Shown piece by piece: positions 27,280-35,108 of a stretch of DNA of 64,000 bases. The stretch's first letter is position 1. Each line of letters starts with the position of its first letter. This stretch comes from Marsupella aquatica (taxonomy: Eukaryota > Plantae > Marchantiophyta). The translations under genes were made by a program, and so were the position numbers. The notes below the pieces were generated by a model. It was not told the DNA's origin. It ran no database searches and saw only the letters and a list, made by a program, of their open reading frames with translations. The DNA is taken from assembly GCA_973895155.1 (NCBI GenBank), contig OZ316894.1:18948805-19012804 (forward strand), in the 5' to 3' direction.

Positions 27280-28222
27280 GGCCTTACATTGCTTGAGCTT
27301 TTTGGTGGCATTTCTACAGGCCTGGAAGCTCTCCTACAGTCTGGCATGGTGGTAAAGCAGTACATCTACGTGGATATTGATCCAGGTGCAAGGCAAGTGG
27401 CTGAATCCCGTCTGCTGGAATTTTCAGAGCAATTTCCCCAGCAGTTTTTGCATAGTGCATGGAAGTCTGCATTTTCTTTCTTCCCTCCAGATATCCAGCT
27501 TGTCCAGCACCGACACTTAACCCTTCTTGGCTCCCTTGATTTGATCATAGCTGGTTGGGAATGCCAAGGGTTTTCAGCTGCTGGTCACGGTGCTGGACTG
27601 CATGATTCTCGTTCTGGCCTTTTCACAGCATTGGTTCAGGTTCTCACCTGGGCTCAATCCCTTTATCCTGCTGTTGGTTATATCATTGAGAATACTCCAT
27701 CTCAGTTTGACCAGCGTCCACAGGTCAAAGAGGATTTCAGTGTGGTCCAGCACTACTTGGGACCACCCCTTCTCATTGATGCAGTGCACTATGGTTCTTA
27801 TGCACATCGTCTTCGTAACTTTTGGACTAACCTTGCACCACCTTCCTTGCTGGAGTTAGCTCTTCACCACACATCCAGGGACACTCACCTCACAGTGGAC
27901 CAGATTTTGGATCCTGACAGTTCTTGCCAACCAGTTACACGGCAAGAGCCAGCACCTTGGTATCCAACCAATACCATTGGACAGCCCCGTGCTACTTGGC
28001 CTACATTTGTGTCCTTTCCAGGTGCACATGCTTTTCAGGGTGATGGTCCTGGCCTGGTTTACCGATATTCTACCGGTACATGGGATGAACCTAGTCCTGA
28101 GGAGAGAGAACGGGCTATGGGCTTCCAATCCGGTACTACAGGCCACACCCACATCACCGGGCTGGCCAGGAATGCTTTACTTGGCAGGGTAATGGATCTC
28201 AATGCTCTCACTTGGCTTTTGG
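27280..28222 (+). other. C5 cytosine DNA methyltransferase catalytic domain (DNMT3-like) in frame within pol
   Basis: Motif I LELFGGISTG, II YVDID, IV DLIIAGWECQGFS (Cys codon at 27562), V DSRSGLF, VI IIENT, VIII HRLRNFWTNL, IX ERERAMGF, X RNALLGR, all in canonical order with no stop. Confidence 0.9.
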
Positions 28223-31200
28223 TCACTTGCATCCTTTTTCAGATGTACATTCATCCAGCATCAGGAGTTCTAGCCCTACCGCTCCATGGTGCTGCTTCAT
28301 GGCATCCAGACCAGGTGCACTTACCTCTCTTCAACACTCACCGCTTCAGTCCAATTGTTGGGGGGGAGGAGGTCCCTTGTAATATGGTTGATATTATTTC
28401 TGAGTTTCATGGTGTGGATCAGACTAGAGCAACAAATACAGCAGGCCTTGGAGAGGCCTCATCACCTTATCAGCAGCATGCTAGCAGCTTGGACAGTGAA
28501 GAGGCTAGCACTTCTGGTTCTGCAAGCACGAGTACATCAGGTCCTATTCCTAGTGTTGCCAACTACACATTCATCATGGGCAACCACTTGAGTAAAAGAC
28601 AGAAGGACCAGCTGCTGAATTTGCTCCTCAAGCATGAGAACGTGTTTGCTTTCTCTATGAAGGACTTGGGTAAGTGCAAGACTATGCAGTTCTCCATTGA
28701 GTTGGCGGATGAAACACCTATCTTCAGGCGGAGACATCGTTTGAGTAAGCATGAGTGGCAGCTGGTGGATGAGAGGTGCCAAGAGTTATATGAAGCTGGT
28801 CTTATCCAGCCATCTACATCAGATTTTGCAGCAGCTATAGTGATGCCAACAAAGAAGGATTCCAGCGGATTGTGGACAGAGAAGCGCATGTGTGGGGACT
28901 ACAGGCCACTGAACCTGGTCACACCCCAGGACAGGTACCCCATGCCATGGCCAGAGGAGCTATTTGACAGCATTGGAGACTCAGACATCTTCACTCTTGT
29001 GGATCTAAGGCAAGGCTTCAACCAGATTTTGCTGCTTGCAAAGGATCGCAAGAAAATAGCTTTCCATGGTAGTAACCAACTATGGGAGTGGTTGGTGATG
29101 CCATTTGGCTTGAAGAATGCGCCCATATTCTTTCAAAGAGTCATGGACCAGGTTCTTCAAGGTGCTGAGTTTCTGAAATGCTACATTGATGATGTGTTGG
29201 TCCACAGCAAAGGATTTGACCAGCATCTACTTGACCTTGAGGAGCTATTCATGAGGCTTAAGAAGGTGAACCTAAAGATACACCCCAAGAAGTGTGAATT
29301 TGCTATCAGTAGTATATCTTGGGCATCGCATTCTTCCAAATGGAACCATGGCTCACTGGGCCAAGGTGGTATCCATCTTGGAAATGCCCACTCCTACCGA
29401 TGTTCACACTTTGAGGAGTTTTATTGGGTTGTGCAATTACTACCGGATCTACATCAAAGATTTCAGTACCATTGCACACCCATTGTATGCTTTATTGAAA
29501 AAGAATGTGACTTGGACATGGAGTACAGATGCTGAGGCAGCATTTGCCACTTTGAAGGAGAAGCTCTCAGAATACCCGGTGCTGAGAAGACCTGATTTCA
29601 GCAAAATCTTTGTGCTACACACAGATTGGAGTGCCCTTGGGATTGGTGCCATTCTGGGCCAGCATGATGAGGAAGGTAAAGAGTACGTCATTGCCTATGC
29701 ATCCAGGAGCAACAATCAGGCAGAGAGTCATTATTCTTCTTATGAGGGTGAATGCCTTGCTGTTGTGTGGGCTGTCATACATTACAGGCCCTACCTCTAT
29801 GGGACCAGGTTTGTTCTCTACACCGACCACCAGCCCTTGAAGTGGTTGATGACCAACGACAAGCTTACTAGCAAGCTTGCTCGTTGGGCACTCATACTCC
29901 AGGAGTATGATTTTGAGGTAATTCATAGGCCTGGTGTGACACATCAAAATGCTGACACTATGTCCCGCAGCCCTTTGATTGCCTTTGATGATTCCTCAGA
30001 TGCATGGCAGGATTTTGACCAAGTTTCCATCCTGCCTACATTTCATGCATCTACCTATCTTGCTTTGCTGCCATGCTACATCGTTGACCAACCTGTGGTG
30101 GACATATGGGAGGACAGCGACACTCTGAGATTTCTGTAGCATGGGGAGTACCCCACCCATGTTACTGCTGCCCAGAGAGACTGAATTCAGCAAAGGTCCA
30201 AGCGCTACTTGTGGAAGGGAGATCATCTTGTGCGCTGCTTGCCAGACAGGGAAGTGGTGGTTCCACCCATTCATGAGAAGGTTGGCCTTATCCGTAAGGT
30301 ACATTCTGAGCTTGGTCATTTTGGTGTTAAGAGGACTTATAGCCTCTTGGTCCCCCATTATCATTGGAGAGGCATGCATGGCCAGGTTCGAGATGTTATT
30401 GCCCGGTGTGAGCAGTGTGATAGGGTAAGGACTTCTTTCACATCTCGGCAACCCACACTTCATCCACTCCCTATTCAGGGCATGTTTTATCGTTGGTCAT
30501 GTGATTTGGCTGGAGAATTACCCCTCACATCTCGGGGTAATCTTTACATCATGATCATGATAGAGCATTTCTCCAAGTGGATAGAACTTGTGGCATTGCC
30601 GGATAAGACCTCCCATAGCACCAGCCAAGCATTCCTACAACAAGTTCTCAGCCGCTTTGGAGCTTGTGCAGAATGTCTCACTGACCAGGGCTCAGAGTTT
30701 AGAGGAGAGTTCCAGGAGCTGCTTGATCAGGCTCTCATTGATCATTGCCGGACATCACGAGATCACCCACAAGCAGATGGCTTGGCAGAGCACATGGTTC
30801 AGACATGCAAGAAGGGCCTTCGGAAGATCTGCCTCACCAAAAACAAGGAGGATTGGGACCTGGCCTTACCCTACATTGCCATGGGGTATAGGATGTCCAG
30901 ACATGCATCACTGTCTAACTTTTCTCCCTACTTCTTGTTGTTTGGTCATCACCCAGTTCCACCTTCTGCTATTGCTTCTCACATGCTTCAGGTGGTGGAC
31001 TTGGATTCAGCTGTGACTTGGTCTGATGTGATCTCTGAGAGGGCTGCCCTATTCAGGAGGGTTATGCCCATGGCCATGGAGAATTTGGCCATTGCACAGC
31101 ACAGGGACACACTGCGTTATGCACACACACGAGGGGGCACTTTTCAGCCCAAGGTCAGGAAGTTTGAAGTGGGAGATTTTGTGTACTTGCAACGGCAAGC

Positions 31201-31396
31201 TAACAACACCCTGGACACCTCTACCAGTCGCACTATTCTCAGGGTCAAAGCTATTCGACCGTCTGGAGTGCTAGAGTTACAAGGGGCAGATGGGTGCACA
31301 ATTGCTGACAATGCCAAGAATTGCACCCCTTGTCATCTGCCTAACTTGGATCCCACCATTGTGACTTCTACTTGGATTCCACCTGTGGACTACCCT

Positions 31397-31531
31397 TGCA
31401 AAGTGTGTTTGCAAATTGATGATGTTGACCAGATGCTGCTGTGTGACAATTGCAATGGAGGGTACCATCTTTTCTGCCTTCGGCCTGAACTTACCCAGGT
31501 GCCAGAAGGGTTATGGTTTTGCCCTTCCTGT
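31397..31531 (+). other. PHD finger at the integrase C-terminus
   Basis: CKVC..MLLCDNCNGGYHLFCLRPELTQVPEGLWFCPSC, a C4HC3 pattern with the conserved W. Confidence 0.92.
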
Positions 31532-31581
31532 GCTCCACGTGCTATCTGACTTTTCTTCAGCCCTCCTTTTGGTTGTGGTCT

Positions 31582-31590
31582 GGGGGGGGA
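31582..31590 (+). promoter_or_regulatory. Polypurine tract
   Basis: GGGGGGGGA immediately 5' of repeat B1. Confidence 0.7.
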
Positions 31591-31765
31591 TACAAAGGTT
31601 TACACCTCCACTACGTACATACCACCTCAGTTGCTTTTTCTTGGCACTTGTGAATGTGATTGGACTTTTTCTATGCATGTTGGTTGCTAGCAGCTTGCAC
31701 ATATGCATTGCCGGTGACTTGTATGTTTTCGATACACTATGGCTACGATACTATATGTCACGACA
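31590..31765 (+). repeat. Repeat B1 (176 bp)
   Basis: Matches 32128-32303 with about 3 substitutions; ends CACGACA. Confidence 0.95.
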
Positions 31766-31767
31766 GC

Positions 31768-32127
31768 TATCATGCCGAGGGACAATGCCTCTTGTGCACA
31801 TCGGCATGTCCCTCGCATGCCCGCTAGGTATGTAGTTAGGGCTAGTGTACTACTTGAGTTAGTGTCATGTTCTTGTAGCGAGTCTGGGCTGTTCTTGAAG
31901 CAAAAGGGGTTTGTTAGTGTGACGCCTGGACCCGGTCCTACTTAGGGCATGTTTTTCTTTGCCGTTCTTCAGTTCTTCTTGAATCACTGTTGACAGAGCT
32001 TAGACAATGCTCGTCGGTTCCGTACACGGGATTCACACAGTGATTCGTTAGATGCTCCCGGCCAATCTTGGCATCCCGCCGGTTTTCGATTTGATTTTAG
32101 TATGATTGTTTCTCTTACGCCTTTTAT
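31768..32127 (+). repeat. Repeat A2 (360 bp)
   Basis: Copy of 22322-22681, separated from B1 by GC. Confidence 0.95.
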
Positions 32128-32303
32128 ATACAGAGGTTTACACCTCCACTACGTACATACCACCTCAGTTGCTTTTTCTTGGCACTTGTGAATGTGATTG
32201 GACTTTTTTTGTGCATGTTGGTTGCTAGCAGCTTGCACATATGCATTGCCGGTGACTTGTATGTTTTCGATACACTATGGCTACGATACTATATGTCACG
32301 ACA
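32128..32303 (+). repeat. Terminal repeat B2 (176 bp)
   Basis: Copy of 31590-31765; abuts A2 directly and is followed by the TSD. Confidence 0.95.
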
Positions 32304-33335
32304 GAGTGTTCTGCTCCGGTTGCGACAATTTGCAGTAAGGCGTAAGAGGAGATCGGGAACAAAGTGCAAAGAACGCCCCTTAGTGAGCCTCAACGAGCCC
32401 GACTTGTGTCAGAGTTTCAGCAATTGAAGATTGGAAGTGCTTGCGTGGACTGCAAGGTGAGTACAGTCACTCTGTGTATGGGGTATTATTGGGGTATTTC
32501 AGTTCGCGTGCTTTGCCTAACAATTCCTGCATGCACTCACTAGTAATGATGAATTACGAATTCCATATATGTGGTCTCTAATTGTACGCATGTTGCATGT
32601 TTTGTGCAAAACAAAAAACGAGTGATGATCAGGGACATCATGTATGGCTGTGCAATCGGGAAAAAAGATAACATGGAACAAAATCTGGAGTTCATACTGG
32701 GAGAGAATCGGCAGCAGAGATTCAATGCATCAGAGTAGCTAGATGAGTTTTAGCTAAGGTTCTCTTTGGTGCTTGAGTCAGTTAGGCAGTGACACTCTTA
32801 CTGTTCGTTTACTTGTCAGTGCCACTCTCGTTTCCTCCCGTTGTGATTTTAGTGCAGCGGGACAACGATGAGACTAGGAGGACAGAGCCTGAGTGGGTCT
32901 TTCCTTGCCACATATGTACCTGTTCGAGCCTCCTGCGGGAGCATTATGAATTGAACACTTCATCTTTGAATCATGTCCACTGTTTCTCATGTCCACTGTT
33001 TCTTTGGTATTCTTTCTTGTGTTCTTTTGTGTGTGTTTAGGGTTTAGGTTATGCACTTGCAAGACACACCAAATGATTACCCTAGGGACATAGGTAATTT
33101 ACAAGCATAGCAGCCCGTCCACTACAAGGAGATTTGGTTCCCTACTAAATATGGGACAAATACCTTACCATGAATCGCTTTGATAAGAGGGGAATGAATT
33201 CCCAACTCATCTTCTGGAAATTACCCCCAATAGTAAGGGGGCGGGGAGCATGAGGTACGTTGGGGTTAATTTCCCTACTTACCCCCTATATTCCCCTCTT
33301 TCAAACTCCTAACCTTGCAGATCTTCCTTGTGAAA

Positions 33336-33870
33336 GATGTCGTTAAGTATTAAGATGTTGTTAAGTATAAAATGGTCAATAGATAAAGTATGTCATTACT
33401 AAACAATGTTATGAAGTAAAAGATGTTGTTAAGTACATATCAGGCCTGATACCTGTGCATTGCACAAATGATGCATGTTGATGTGAGAAAATATATCAAG
33501 GTGAGAAAAGATGTCGATAAGAGAAAAACATTTCGAGCTGAGAAAATATGTCAAGGAAAGAAAATATGGCAAGGTGAGAAAAAGATGTCATATTAGAGAA
33601 AAACATTCGGAGGTGAGAAAAATAAGTCAAGGAGAGAAAATATGGTGAGATGAGAAAAAGATGTCAATATGAGGAAAAACTGTTGAGGGTGAAGAAAGAT
33701 GTTGTGGTGAGATAAAGATGACCAGGTGAGAAAAATATGGCAAAATGAGACAAATATAATATATATGTTGAGGTGAGAAAAGATCTCAAGGTGAGTAAAA
33801 TATGTCAAGATGAACAAAGATCTTGAGATGAAAAGATATTAATACGAAGAAAAGATGTCAAAATGAGAAA
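33336..33870. repeat. Degenerate ~18-19-bp tandem array (GTGAGAAAA(G/T)ATGTCAAG-like)
   Basis: Direct inspection; continuation of the array type seen at 3702-4315. Confidence 0.7.
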
Positions 33871-34764
33871 ATATTTTATCTATATTTTATTTATATTTGA
33901 AATTATTTCAAAATAATTAGAATTTTTAATTTATTAATAAATTTTTGATTAATTTTTTCAATTGTGGCAAGATTAAATGGTAGCTTGGGCAGGAACTTAT
34001 TTTTAGAAGGGGTGTATGGATAGATCTTAAAGTGTGGAAAAAATTATGTTTTGATAAACATTCAAAATTGATTGTCACTGTTTTTAGTTTGTAAAGGGAC
34101 CTGATCAGGATTATATTGGTACATGGTAAAGGGAGGTCTCCTTGATACTTTTGCATTGCTAGAGACCCTCCTTATTTTCTTTGTACTATTAAATTCATTT
34201 TGTGTTTGGAAACATTGCTCTCCATTTTCATTCACAAAATAAATCACTCTTTCATGTTTTTTTATTTTTGGGATATTACAAATTTGAATTACTACTATAA
34301 TCAAAAAAGTAACATTTTATTATAGCTTTTGATATGGTCTTTGTAATCTAACCTATTTTTAATTAATTAATTTTAATTAAATTATTATCATTATTATATT
34401 TTACAATATTGTAATACTTACAATAATATATAGTATCATATATATTATGTACTTTTATATTTCATGTGTATACCTCCTTGATATTCATGCATGTACATTC
34501 ATTCTCTTGTTTTGTATGCCCCATTGGTTCTAGCATTGGCTCCCTACTTTTGTGTCTCCCATTTGATTCCCCCTTTGTTTGGAATGTATTTATTATTTTT
34601 TGGTGCACACTAAATTTAATATAATCTTTATTTCTTCTCTTTGACATGATTAATGTTTACATGGAAGTCATTGTAAACATTAATAAAATTATGTTTACAA
34701 TGATTTTATTAATGTTGACATTAATAAAGGACACTACAAATTTGAACGACCATCACTTCATAAA

Positions 34765-35108
34765 TATTAAATATTGCTCTAGTTTTGTGATTCATGAGCT
34801 AATTATAGTTAGGCTAACTCAAGTTAAGACTTAACTAATGTGAACGGTAGTGCTATTGTGTATATAGTTAGGGCTGATGCTAGACCCTGATGGAACTTAG
34901 GCTCATTGTTACGGAACTAATTGAGAGATAGGGAAAGCTTATGCTGTGGATACTTGGTATGGCCGATCGGTCTAGAGTGCAGTAAAGTTTTTGTGTGTTC
35001 CCGTGGATGTAATCTTATGTGGAGATGAACCACGTATCTCTCTATGTTGACTATTGTACGTTAGATGATTCATGGACTTGCTGTTGCGAATATGGTCTAT
35101 GCTCAACA
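34765..35108 (+). mobile_element. Solo LTR of a Copia family related to the LTR at 62065-62409
   Basis: ATAAA 5-bp TSD (34760-34764 and 35109-35113); ends GCTCAACA; colinear similarity to 62065-62409 (e.g. CTTGGTATGGCCG.TCGG.CTAGAGTGCAGTAAAG); 344 vs 345 bp. Confidence 0.8.

Larger units (their letters stand above)
24160..31549 (+). pseudogene. Gypsy gag-pol polyprotein (single ancestral frame, now disrupted)
   Basis: Two Zn knuckles (CNYCGNPNHKANEC, CDFCGKVGNLEAVC), protease LDTGA (26614), RT MPFGLKNAP and YIDD (29182), RNase H TDWS..TDHQPL..NADTMSR, integrase HHCC and D-D-E. Stops at 24271, 24322, 24802, 25195, 25438, 25606, 30137 and 30182; frameshift near 29310. Confidence 0.92.
22322..32303 (+). 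mobile_element. Ty3/Gypsy retrotransposon with DNMT and PHD domains and split direct repeats
   Basis: TGTCATG...CACGACA termini; TSD GAGC (22318-22321) / GAGT (32304-32307); domain order gag-PR-DNMT-RT-RH-IN-PHD. Confidence 0.93.
19010..32660 (+). pseudogene. Fusion gene: plant-transposon-protein-like domain + acidic linker + RAD5/16/Ris1-type SNF2 ATPase + RING remnant; interrupted by Gypsy
   Basis: N-terminal GLVPCF..AVKEF..VSFRG..DWAHLV..LPCYYGTAITQIL. Splice 20929-21020 leads into LYPHQRIGLAWM..GGMLADDQ|GMGKT (intron 21180-21333), TLVVCPAS, VVLDECH, CLSGTPIQN. NVLS|VLLRLRQ is restored in frame across the Gypsy insertion. CVDC and CTHVAC fragments at 32440-32600. Confidence 0.75.
4319..33332 (+). 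mobile_element. Giant EnSpm/CACTA-superfamily DNA transposon (~19 kb plus 10-kb nested Gypsy)
   Basis: Left end CACAAGGAGGATATGCATGGTCGAGGAGTTGG vs right end (reverse complement) CACAAGGAAGATCTGCAAGGTT-AGGAGTTTG, 26/32 identical. AAA 3-bp TSD at 4316-4318 and 33333-33335. Internal Tnp2-type transposase and subterminal repeats. Confidence 0.85.

Noticed and set aside
27280-28222. Bacterial restriction-modification methylase or contamination
   Set aside because: The domain is in frame within a retrotransposon pol inserted in a spliced eukaryotic gene; no restriction enzyme partner
31768-32303. Reading A2+B2 as an ordinary 3' LTR with a deleted 5' LTR
   Set aside because: Does not explain the extra B1 copy, the PPT before B1 or the primer site directly after A1
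22318-32307. DIRS/Ngaro (tyrosine recombinase) classification
   Set aside because: No YR ORF seen; protease and DDE integrase are present, with TG..CA ends and a 4-bp TSD
33120-33130. CACTACAAG resembling a canonical CACTA left end
   Set aside because: I found no matching CTTGTAGTG partner with a TSD; it lies inside the element defined by the CACAAGG TIRs
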